A DNA stretch of 64,000 bases from the NCBI GenBank assembly GCA_004764695.1, contig SMSO01000025.1, positions 4,380,862 to 4,444,861 of the forward strand, given 5' to 3'. Both the position numbers and the translations under genes were made by a program. The notes beneath the pieces are model-generated. The model was not told where the DNA came from. It worked only from the letters and a program-made list of their open reading frames with translations, and ran no database searches. This document shows positions 46,041-58,400 of this stretch, one piece after another. This stretch comes from Schizochytrium sp. TIO01. Lineage: Eukaryota; Protista; Bigyra: Labyrinthulomycetes. Every line of letters begins with the position of its first letter. Position 1 is the first letter of the stretch.

Positions 46041-48630
46041 ATGAGCCACTCTGCTTTCGAGGCGCGTCTGGTGCGTCTGCTGGAGCCTGGATATGATCAT
46101 CTCATAGCTGGTAACCTGGTCGCTTGTGGGGCGACTTCAGGCGAGGTGGTGGAGATAGACCTAGAAAACGGTGCTGCGACGCAGCTAATTGATGGCGTAG
46201 GTCAAGTCTTGTTTCTAGCAAGCTTGAACAAATGCGGTGACACGATACTTGTTGCTACAGAGGATGGCCGTCTCATGATTTTTCGCTCGACTCTGCAAAA
46301 GACCCCATGGATAGAGTCTAAACTTGGCTGCGAGCCAGATGCTTCAGAGACATGGAAACCCAAATTCGCTCTTGCAAATGATGATATCGGATTGAATTCC
46401 CCCGTCTCAAGTCAAACAAGGTTTGCACAAGTTGCTTCACATGGATTTGTCAATACTTCTAGCCTCGCAGTGACAGATATTGATCTTAGACAACAGGGCA
46501 TGCAAACCTCAATTTGGGCGGAAGTACAAGGCCCGATTGTTGATATTATTCTAGTCCTACGGCTTGGAGAAAGCGTTGCAATTGTTGCGAAAGACTCGAA
46601 CATAATGGTTTTCACGAGTAAAGGTCCTCAATGCCAAGTTGCTTGCGTAGGAGTTGGGGCTGTTGTCTGGTTTCAATCTAAAATCTACACCTTATCAAGC
46701 CATCATGGTCAATTATCGTTGTGGTCATTGCGATCGTCCGGTAAACGTCAAGCGTTAACACAAGAACGTTCAGCACAAAGCAGCAGATCATTGTCCCAAG
46801 ACAATCCATGCACCGATGTTGCGCTATATGCCTCACAAAATGAATGTGTTGCAATATGTATCTTTGGGGGGCATGCAGCCCTACAGTTGATCGGATGGAA
46901 CAACACTCTTACGCTTCATCTCAGTGAAATACCAATTACATGTAGATTAACGCAAGAACTCGCAAATCCGGATAGATATGTATTACTAGTTAACAATACG
47001 TGCTTATATATCCTAAGTCCAAAGCTCGATTTAGTAGACTTAGCTTGTCTTCGCCTTCCCGATACATCGAACTTTGGTGATATCCGTCTGCCAGAAAAGC
47101 TTAAAATGACTCTTTTAGCAAATCCAAAGCTCTCCTTTCGCCTAAAAGTTGATCCGCTGGGCATTGTTTGTGAACGTTCCGGCGAAAAACTATGTCGAAT
47201 TGCGCCATGGGATGACACTGGTGAGATATTACAGGCTTGGGATTGGATCCCTAGCGATGCCCAAGACGCAGCTTTACTAGGAAATGGCACAAGTCTTGCC
47301 ATTCTTTGCGGTACATGTCCCCAATCCATCAAAATATTTACCGTTCCATCGGGTAAGCAAGCAAAATGTATCCATCTACAAAATTCCTTGCAAAAACATA
47401 TTTCGCTCTCTCTCTGGACAGTTGGGCATTTTTGATGAACCAAATACTCACTTCTTTGTTTCCGAGGCTGAAGATGAACTTGCATACTTTGAGTTACGTC
47501 GCAATCATATATATAGAGTAAGTAAGCAACAAAACCAAGTGATGGCCTCAGCTGTTCTCATTGCAACTCTACCCAATACGGGGGGGCACTATTCACTTGT
47601 AGGAGTATTCAGTGATTACTTTATTTATGCCGAGTTTTGCCCGATACATGGAATTCAAATACATTTCCGTAGCATTCCACAAATCCCAGATGCGGTAACT
47701 TCCGGGCAGCATTTCTCTGAAGAAGCGACAAAGCTTTTCGGCCCTAGAGGGGTTACACTTGCGCCTAACCAAGAACGTTTATTCTCAGTACCCATTTCTG
47801 GCGATTTTCTTCCTGAACACTTTTTTGAGTTTAACAAAGCACGACAACCCAGAACGAGATTTGATTATAATCAGGATGACAAACTTACAATGCGAAACTT
47901 TGCAGAACGTCTTGGTCTTTCAAGCACCTGTAACAATGATGGCACTGATTTGCCACCAGAGCAAGAGTGTTTTCGGGATCACAAGTCGTTACAATCCGAG
48001 GATGACAAACTAGTGGGCTATTGGCGGTTCTGCAATGCTGAGACATTTGACCTTACGGGCAAATCAACTATCATTCAGCCTCTACTCAAAACCATCAAAC
48101 TCATTGACAATGTTGTAAACACCTGCACTGACCTTGATGCGGGAGATGGAGAGGTTGTACCCTATGCTCAATCGGCAGTCTGCCCGCTCATTCTTTCCAT
48201 GCCTGGCCTTTCTGAGCGTCAATGGACCCTTGAGTTCTGGTTCAAAGTTGAAGGGCCGGCACATGCTATCATCAAAGGTCTCGTCTCTTTTTCTCCTCAA
48301 GGGGTCACAGCTCTTGATAATTCGTGGCATCACATCGCCTGCAGCGTGCAAATCCGAAATCCAAGACGCATTGATGTCATTATGTGCTTGCTAGATGGCC
48401 ATCCATCTGGTGAAGAGTTAATTATTGAATCTGACTTAGGCACTCACATAACCAAAACCATTGAGTTGTTTCCGCGAGAAGGTAATGTTGCTGCGTATCA
48501 TGAAGCTATAGTAACTGAAGTTCGGGTATGGAATTGTCTGCGCTCTAGATTCGAAACAAATTTGTCTCGCTGTGCAGCTCTTGAATTAGCAGAAACCCCA
48601 AAGCATAAGATGAAGGTACGCATCAACTGA
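46041..48630 (+). CDS. Beta-propeller-like plus C-terminal LamG/ConA-like protein, split by one frameshift near 47380
   Basis: Two overlapping ORFs (46041-47435 and 47284-48630) join if one A is removed from AAAA at 47380-47383. C-terminal LVGYWRF, WTLEFWFK, DNSWHHIAC and EVRVWN are LamG-like. Confidence 0.6.
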
Positions 48631-49454
48631 TAGGAAACTGGTTTTGATTTAACCTAGCATTCTAATTCCGATTCCGCTGTTTTGAATATAATATTTTACC
48701 GAAACGGTAATATTTACTCTGCTGACAGATTCTGACAGCAGAGTAATTGTGAGCTACTTTCTTACTTATCCAATAATAACACTGATTCGTCAATTCCAAG
48801 GCGCACCTCGGACTAGTGCACGACCATATCAGTTGATAACCTTTTTCTTCTCGTTTATAATACTTCATAATATTCAATCAAGACCACTAGTAACTTACGA
48901 CAGGGTGCAGTCCTCTACTGGCACTCATGAGTTGATGAACCAAAAGCTCATTACGCACCAAAAGACGCACAGAGCTATGCATAGCACTTGTGGTAACAAA
49001 GAAACTAAACATTATATCATACTTTTGATGGAATCTAGAAACTGTCTCATGATACCCTCTCCCATGACAATGATGAATGATATGTACTAGACAACTCCGC
49101 TTAAGCTAAAGTCACCAACCTCGGCGATCTGAGATTTTTATCCATGTAAAGGTCAAATATATCCCATATCGTAGTTGTTTGCACCTTTACTCATTTACCA
49201 GCTATATTAGATAGTACGCTTCAGATAATAGAGAATGTTTTGAAGACAAGAATGCAAAACCTCAACAACCTTTTCTGTTTAAATAATTGTCTTCATCTAA
49301 TTTGTATAACTAGGCGTGTCATTAGAATCAGGTACTCTGGAACAAACAATCGTAGTTGCTTTAAATTTGATTTTATATGCTGTATACGATAGCAACGCAC
49401 CCATTCCATTACCTTAGTATGAGTACATAACCTGAAGCACTTTTTTAAATTGGC

Positions 49455-52400
49455 CTAGTTGTTGTCACACAAAGTGATACTCGCAATGGCCTCACTACCA
49501 TGATACTGCAGTGATGCGTTCCTAGAATGGTATCGCAAGCCGATGATAATAATTTCTTCAACTAAAAGCTCATCACTCAAAATTGCGCGGTTCTGATAAT
49601 TGTTTAGTGCAAGATTTGTAATAACCTTGTATGCCAAAATCTGTACTTTCTCACTTGCAAGATGATTTTTCATAGCGGCAACAATGTCTTTGCCAACACC
49701 AAGCTCTTGACACAGAATCACACGGTTGCGTTCGCCTGATGCAAGATTCCGAATGGCACCGCAGGCAGAATCTTGCACTTCTTCGTTTGCAGGATGAGCA
49801 CGCATAGCTGCAACGATGTCTTTGCCAACACCAAGCTCTTGACACAGAATCACACGGTTGCGTTCGTCTGATGCAAGATTCCGAATGGCACCGCAGGCAG
49901 AATCTTGCACTTTTTCGTTTCTAGGATGAGCACGCATAGCTGCAACAATTTCTTTGCCAACACCAAGCTCTTGACACAGAATCACACGGTTGCGTTCGCC
50001 TGATGCAAGATTCCGAATGGCACCGCAGGCAGAATCTTGCACTTCTTCGTTTGCAGGATGAGCACGCATAGCTGCAACGATGTCTTTGCCAACACCAAGC
50101 TCTTGACACAGAATCACACGGTTGCGAGCATTCCCTGATGCAAGATTCCGAATGGCACCGCATGCAGAATCTTGCACTTTTTCGTTTCTAGGATGAGCAC
50201 GCATAGCTGCAACAATTTCTTTGCCAACACCAAGCTCTTGACACAGAATCACACCGTTGCGATTATCTTCGAATGCAAGATTTCGAATGGCACCGCAGGC
50301 AGAATATTGCACTTCTTCGTTTGCAGGATGAGCACGCATAGCTGCAACGATGTCTTTGCCAACACCAAGCTCTTGACACAGAATCACACGGTTGCGATTG
50401 TCTGATGCAAGGTTCCAAATGGCATCGCAAGCATAACTTTGCACGTTTTCGTTTGCAGGATGAGCACGCATAGCTGCAACGATGTCTTTGCCAACACCAA
50501 GCTCTTGACACAGAATCACACGGTTGCGTTCGCCTGATGCAAGATTCCGAATGGCACCGCAGGCAGAATATTGCACTTTTTCGTTTGCAGGATGAGCACG
50601 CATAGCTGCAACAATTTCTTTGCCAACACCAAGCTCTTGACACAGAATCACACGGTTGCGATTATTTTCGAATGCAAGATTCCGAATGGCACCGCAGGCA
50701 GAATCTTGCACTTTTTCGTTTGCAGGATGAGCACGCATAGCTGCAACGATGTCTTTGCCGACACCAAGCTCTTGACACAGAATCACACGGTTGCGATTAT
50801 TATCGAATGCAAGATTCCGAATGGCACTGCAGGCAGAATCTTGCACTTTTTCGTTTGCAGGATGAGCACGCATAGCTGCAACGATGTCTTTGCCAACACC
50901 AAGCTCTTGACACAGAATCACACGGTTGCGATCGTCTAATGCAAAATTCGAAATGGCACCGCAGGCAGAATATTGCACTTTTTCGTTTGTAGGGTGAGCA
51001 CGCATAGCTGCAACGATGTCTTTGCCAACACCAAGCTCTTGACACAGAATCACACGGTTGCGATCGTCGAATGCAAGATTCCCAATGGCACTGCAGGCAG
51101 AATATTGCACTTCTTCGTTTGCAGGATGAGCACGCATAGCTGCAACGATGTCTTTGCCAACACCAAGCTCTTGACACAGAATCACACGGTAGCGATCCTC
51201 TGATGCAAGATTCCGAATGGCACCGCAGGCAGAATCTTGCACTTCTTCGTTTGCACGATGAGCACGTATAGCTGCAACGATGTCTTTGCCAACACCAATC
51301 TCTTGACACAGAATCACACGGTTGCGATCTTCGAATGCAAGATTCCCAATGGCACTGCAGGCAGAATCTTGCACTTTTTCGTTTGCAGGATGAGCACGCA
51401 TAGCTGCAACGATGTCTTTGCCAACACCAAGCTCTTGACACAGAATCACACGGTTGCGATCGTCTAATGCAAGATTCCAAATGGCACCGCAGGCAGAATC
51501 TTGCACATTTTCGTTTGCAGAATGAGCACGCATAGCTGCAACGATGTCTTTGCCAACACCAAGCTCTTGACACAGAATCACACGGTTGCGATCGTCTAAT
51601 GCAAGATTCCGAATGGCACCGCAGGCAGAACCTTGCACTTCTTCGTTTGCAGGATGAGCACGCATAGCTGCAACGATGTCTTTGCCAACACCAAGCTCTT
51701 GACACAGAATCACACGGTTGCGATCGTCTAATGCAAGATTCCCAATGGCACTGCAGGCAGAATCTTGCACATTTTCGTTTGCAGGATGAGCACGCATAGC
51801 TGCAACGATGTCTTTGCCAACACCAAGCTCTTGACACAGAATCACACGGTTGCGATCGTCTAATGCAAGATGCTGAATGGCACCGCAGGCAGAATATTGC
51901 ACTTTTTCGTTTGCAGGATGAGCACGCATAGCTGCAACGATGTCTTTGCCAACACCAAGCTCTTGACACAGAATCACACGGTTGCGATTATCTTCGAATG
52001 CAAGAATCCGAATGGCATCGCAGGCAGAATCTTGCACTTTTTCGTTTGCAGGATGAGCACGCATAGCTGCAACGATGTCTTTGCCAACACCAAGCTCTTG
52101 ACACAGAATCACACGGTTGCGATTATCTTCGAATGCAAGATGCTGAATGGCATCGCAGGCAGAATATTGCACTTTTTCGTTTGCAGGATGAGCACGCATA
52201 GCTGCAACGATGTCTTTGCCAACACCAAGCTCTTGACACAGAATCACACGGTTGCGATTATCTTCGAATGCAAGATTCGAAATGGCACCGCAGGCAGAAT
52301 ATTGCACTTTTTCGTTTGCAGGATGAGCACGCATAGCTGCAACGATGTCTTTGCCAGCACCAAGCTCTTGACACAGAATCACACGGTTGCGTTCGTCTGA

Positions 52401-55400
52401 TGCAAGATTCCGAATGGCACCGCAGGCAGAATCTTGCACTTCTTCGTTTGCAGGATGAGCACGCATAGCTGCAACGATGTCTTTGCCAACACCAAGCTCT
52501 TGACACAGAATCACACGGTTGCGTTCGTCTGATGCAAGAATCCGAATGGCATCGCAGGCAGAATCTTGCACTTTTTCGTTTGCAGGATGAGCACGCATAG
52601 CTGCAACGATGTCTTTGCCAACACCAAGCTCTTGACACAGAATCACACGGTTGCGATTATCTTCGAATGCAAGATGCTGAATGGCATCGCAGGCAGAATA
52701 TTGCGCTTTTTCGTTTGCAGGATGAGCACGCATAGCTGCAACGATGTCTTTGCCAACACCAAGCTCTTGACACAGAATCACACGGTTGCGATTATCTTCG
52801 AATGCAAGATTCGAAATGGCACCGCAGGCAGAATATTGCACTTTTTCGTTTGCAGGATGAGCACGCATAGCTGCAACGATGTCTTTGCCAGCACCAAGCT
52901 CTTGACACAGAATCACACGGTTGCGTTCGTCTGATGCAAGATTCAGAATGGCACCGCAGGCAGAATCTTGCACTTCTTCGTTTGCAGGATGAGCACGCAT
53001 AGCTGCAACGATGTCTTTGCCAACACCAAGCTCTTGACACAGAATCACACGGTTGCGTTCGTCTGATGCAAGATTCCGAATGGCACCGCAGGCAGAATCT
53101 TGCACTTCTTCGTTTGTAGGATGAGCACGCATAGCTGCAACGATGTCTTTGCCAACGCCAAGCTCTTGACACAGAAACACACAGTTGCGATCGTCGAATG
53201 CAAGATTCCCAATGGCACCGCAGGCAGAATCTTGCACTTTTTCGTTTGCAGGATGAGCACGCATAGCTGCAACGATGTCTTTGCCAACACCAAGCTCTTG
53301 ACACAGAATCACACGGTTGCGTTCGTCTGATGCAAGATTCGAAATGGCACCGCAGGCAGAATATTGCACTTCTTCGTTTGCAGGATGAGCACGCATAGCT
53401 GCAACGATGTCTTTGCCAACACCAAGCTCTTTACACAGAATCACATCGTTGCGATTATCTCCGAATGCAAGATTCCGAATGGCACTGCAGGCAGCATATT
53501 GCACTTCTTCGTTTGCAGGATGAGCACGCATAGCTGCAACGATGTCTTTGCCAACACTAAGCTCTTGACACAGAATCACACAGTTGCGATCGTCTTGTGC
53601 AAGATTCCCAATGGCACCGCAGGCAGAATTTTGCACTTTTTCGTTTGCAGGATGAGCACGCATAGCTGCAACGATGTCTTTGCCAACACCAAGCTCTTGA
53701 CACAGAATCACACGGTTGCGATCGTCTGATGCAAGATTCCAAATGGCACCACAGGCAGAATATTGCACTTTTTCGTTTGCAGGATGAGCACGCATAGCTG
53801 CAACGATGTCTTTGCCAACACCAAGCTCTTGACACAGAATCACACGGTTGCGAGCATTGCCTAATACAAGGTTCCGAATGGCATCGCAGGCAGAATTTTG
53901 CACTTTTTCGTTTGCAGGATGAGCACGCATAGCTGCAACGATGTCTTTGCCAACGCCAAGCTCTTGACACAGAATCGCACGGTTGCGATTATTTTTGAAT
54001 GCAAGATTCCGAATGGCACCGCAGGCAGAATATTGCACTTTTTCGTTTGCAGGATGAGCACGCATAGCTGCAACGATGTCTTTGCCAACGCCAAGCTCTT
54101 GACACAGAATCGCACGGTTGCGATTATTTTTGAATGCAAGATTCCGAATGGCACCGCAGGCAGAATCTTGCACTTCTTCGTTTGCAGGATGAGCACGCAT
54201 AGCTGCAACGATGTCTTTGCCAACACCAAGCTCTTGACACAGAATCACACGGTTGCGATTGTCTGATGCAAGCCTCGCAATGGCACCGCAGGCAGAATCT
54301 TGTACCTTTTCGTTTGCAGGATGAGCACGCATAGCTGCAACGATTGCTTTTCCTGTAAGGAAATCTAGTTGATCTATATTGGAGATAGAAATGGCATTCT
54401 GAGTCTTACGTTGTGTATCGACAGACGATAATTGAATCAATGGGTTGACGGAATGTGTATGCATGGTCGTTTTTGTTTCTTGACAGATATCAGGATCTTG
54501 GATGAAGGCTCTGCCGCAGCTCGCAGTATCACTGGCGAGACTTGCTAAAGTAAGACAGGATTGGATCTGAACATCTGCGTTCAATTCGTGAGCTTGCATG
54601 GTGGCACATATCTCGAAATGAATATCACGTTTGCTTTCAAAAATCTGGCGCTTCTGTTCCATAAGTATTGGTATTCTTAGGGTCTTGCATGCTGCAATTT
54701 GAACTTCGGCATTAGATCGATGAGAACGCATTGTTTTAGTGATGTGCGTCCCTAAATTTAAGGGTTCCCATATATTCTGTTCAATATTATCATTAAGAGC
54801 CAAGGCATGCAGTGTCTCTAATGCTACATGCTGTATAAATGCATCAGTATCGTTAGATTGCATAAATGAAACAATCTCTTCACCAATATTTGAATCCTGC
54901 CTGAAAAGGGCACATGCTTCGTTATCTCTTTCAGTAATGATGGACAAAGTTTTACAAACCTCCTTGAACACCATCTTATTTGCTCTGTTTGTGCGCAAAA
55001 TTGGAATGATTTCATTAGCAAAGCCAGCTGTACGGCAAACGTCGGCATTCTCAATGAGACTTTGTAAGGCCCGGCATGCCCATTTCAGGACTCTAACGTG
55101 GCGTCGATGCAAATGTATTACCTTGACAATCTCATTAGAAAGTTCTTTTCTTACGTTTGCAACAGGCAAATGCACCTCATTGGAGAAAATCTTACACAGA
55201 CATTTGCATGCATGTCTTTGTAAGTTATCATTGGCTGAGTGTCTCCGCATAGCTTCTAGTAGAACCCGACCACTAGTTGGATTCTGCATCATTTCTGCGC
55301 ACTTATCAGCATCCTTCGAAAGTCTGCAAAGTAACTGGCACGCCTGCTCCTGAATCTTCTCATTCGACGAGTTTGTCAGCATACTAGAGTATATGGCGTC

Positions 55401-58400
55401 AAGAACATCTCTGTCGAAACTACCAAATGCAAGGCTTCCCAGCGCAAAAAGAGCTGATTCTTGTACATGTTGATTATTGCAATGCACCTTTATGGTAGAT
55501 GCAATTTCTTTATAGACATTGTACTTCTGAACTAGAGGTGCCTGAAATTTATTATCGAGGGCGAGTGACCCTACTAATCCGAGAATAAGAGATTGTACCA
55601 CGGGGTGGCCTGGGTGAGCTAACATTGCAGCTATCAAAGCATTGACTAAATTAAGCTCAGAGATGATGAGACTTTCCTTAATCTTGTCTATATCAATGAT
55701 TTTCTGGAGCGCACCACAAGCATGTTCCAGTACAGTAGTATTGTCGAGATGCAAAGACATGATCTTCGTAATTTCATCAACTATATTCCACTCGAGGTGG
55801 GTGATATTGTCGACGCAGTCTTCTCCAATAAGATTTCTGAGCAAACCGCACGCTTGTTCTTGTAGATTTGCGTCAGTTGGATGCGAACTTACAGCGAATA
55901 GAATTCGGGTAAAGGTGGTTTTCTCGTTCCCAATAGTTTCCTTATTCGAGGTATGACCTGCGCTTAAATTCCACAAAGCTTTGCATGCCAATTCTTGCAC
56001 TCTAACATCAAGCGGATGAGCACTCATCGAACTGATTACCTCCTTATGAACCTGGTGTTCATGGACAAGAGTAGATTGTGTTTGCTTGTCTAGTGCAAGA
56101 CTAGCTAAAGCTCCACATGCCTGTTCCTGCAATCTTGCATTGAGGCGGTGTTTACACATAGCTGAGGTAATGACAACTAAATCTAATTCTTGCCCAACAA
56201 TCCGTTTGTTACGAAGATTGTTGCATACAAGGTTCCATATAGCTCTGCAACCCCATTCTTGTACCTTCACACTATAATTGTGTCTTTGCATAGCTTGAAG
56301 AATCAAGCTGCCAGCATTGAGTCCTTGGCCAAGCCTCCGTTTGGTACTATCAATGACAGCAAGGCTCATTAAAGCCGCACATGCCCATTTTTGTACTCCC
56401 TCTTCGGCTGGATGCATGGACATGGCGACTAGTATTTTATCACTGATATCCAGGACCTCGCCTAGGAACTCGCAATTCGTCTTGGAAGACTTTGCAAACG
56501 AAACTATAGTAGCACACGCAGCCTCTTGAAGCCTTGCGTCTTCAGGAAACTCATTCATAAGACTCGCAACTGACCTTCCTAGTCCATAGCATTGTACTGC
56601 CTCCTGCGCATAGCGGAATTCGATCTTACCTGTGAAAGAATACCGGATCGCCCACAAAGTCTCTGTAAAGACTGCCACATCAACATTCTCAGCATCTAGG
56701 AGTTGCTTGACTACAGGATATATTGCGCATGAACACATTTGTTTTGTCATAAGGACAGCAGCTTCAACGCCTTGGCCACCAAGAAACCCCTCTTGCAATG
56801 TCGCAAGACTTTGAAGAAGTGCATTCTTAGTTTCGCTCTCACTAGCATCAATATTCTGAATGACATTGGGGCTGAATTTAGGCTTTGTATTTTCAGAAGG
56901 CAGGTCATACCATTCTTCATGAAAGAGTTTAGATATCTGTGCAACTGGTCCAATTGCGTGCGCGCAACACTCTAGGCCCTGCACGATACTTTCCACCGTA
57001 GGACGCTTCTTAGCGCAAGGTAGCCAACACCGTTCTATTAAGCGCCGAATACAAGCCTTGGGGCTCAGGCTCGCAGAGAATATGAGTGGACGCTCTCCAT
57101 TTAAAATTTTCCTCGTGAGAGCTTTAGGAGAGTGGAAGGACTCCTCAAACGGGGGTTTCTCATGAAAAATCTCCCAAAGAACCACTCCAAAGGAGTACAC
57201 ATCAGCTTTAGTAGTCCATATAGCTGCTACTTCCAGAGTCTCGGGTGCTCTGTAATAGAGTGCACTGAGTTCGGAAGTCTCCAAATTTACTGCTGATAAG
57301 TCTTGAAGCCCAAAGTTTGAAAGTTTAACGGATTTAAGATCCTTCGTGATCAAAACATTCCTAGGGCTTAGGTCACTATGGATAATACCTTGAGAGTGTA
57401 AATATGCAAGCCCACTCGCAATTCCACGAGTCAGTGCTTGTTTAGACTCCAAGTCCAACCGCGGTGTACCGTGAGAGTATGATCTAGGATATAAAAAATC
57501 ATTGAGGTTTGAATCCCAGTGTTCCATGACGAGATAAAAGCTGCCTTCAAGAGTGGCTGAGCCAAGGATAGACAAAACATTTTTATGGTGTAGTTTCTGC
57601 CAATGCTTTGCTTCTGCAATCAATGCTTTTCTTGCCTCAAGCGGGCAACACCCTTGGTTAAAGCAGGTTCTTTTCATGGCAACACTGGAGGTCAAACTTT
57701 CCTCCTTCGTTAAGGCACCCGAAAGAATTTGTCCAAACTTGCCTTCCCATAGAATACGCTCAGGTTTCTGAAGATGTAATTCACTTGAGCTCAGCGTTCC
57801 CAATTCCAATTCTTGCGTACTGTAGATTTGTGCCATAAAAGTGAGCATGGCTTGGTGAGGCTGTTTCTCGTCAAAGCAGCTTTCCAAAATATCAACTAGG
57901 TCACCTTCTATAGGTTGCTTTTCCAGAAAACGCGAGAGGATATCAATCTCCTTTTCGCTGACATTTATTACTTGATGTTGAGCCTTTTTGAAAACTTCTT
58001 GAAGCTGTAGTCGGTCTTGCTTCATATCAAGGATACCTTGTTCTTCAAGCGTACCCAGGAGGTTATCCATCTCAAGTGATTCAAGACGGCATTTATTAAG
58101 TGCCATTTCTAACTGCGTCAATGCTGTGCAAATCGCTTCTCTAGCGCGGTGACTCTCCACCAACTTTAAAATAACCAAAGCAGTTTCACTTGTTTCATCT
58201 CCAAAGAACGGCTGCAAGATCGTAATCGTCTTCCTCAGTGCTGATTCCAAGGCAAGAAGATCAACGTCCTCGATATCCGTACCATCCTCAAAGAGCTTCA
58301 CAATCTCACCAAGAACCTCGCGCATATACTTTACACTGAGGCGGCATACCTGAGGCTCCTTGAGCAGGTTAGCAGCGACATGTGCAAGTTGCAGCACATG

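Noticed and set aside
47353-47421. GTAAGC...CAG intron as a fix for the frameshift
   Set aside because: Its length of 69 nt keeps the same frame and still hits the stop at 47433-47435.
49651-54266. Many Cys-rich ORFs (MSRAWCWQRHRCSYAC..., MHFFVCRMSTHSC...) in the ORF track
   Set aside because: They are alternative-frame and antisense shadows of the ARM array.
49695-54353. CRISPR-like reading of the constant/variable repeat pattern
   Set aside because: The variable parts are homologous codons inside one ORF, not unique spacers; there are no cas genes and the context is eukaryotic.
49695-54353. Diversity-generating retroelement as the source of variation
   Set aside because: Changes are not adenine-specific (for example CGG/TGG/GGG/TCG/CAG), and there is no reverse transcriptase or template repeat in the window.
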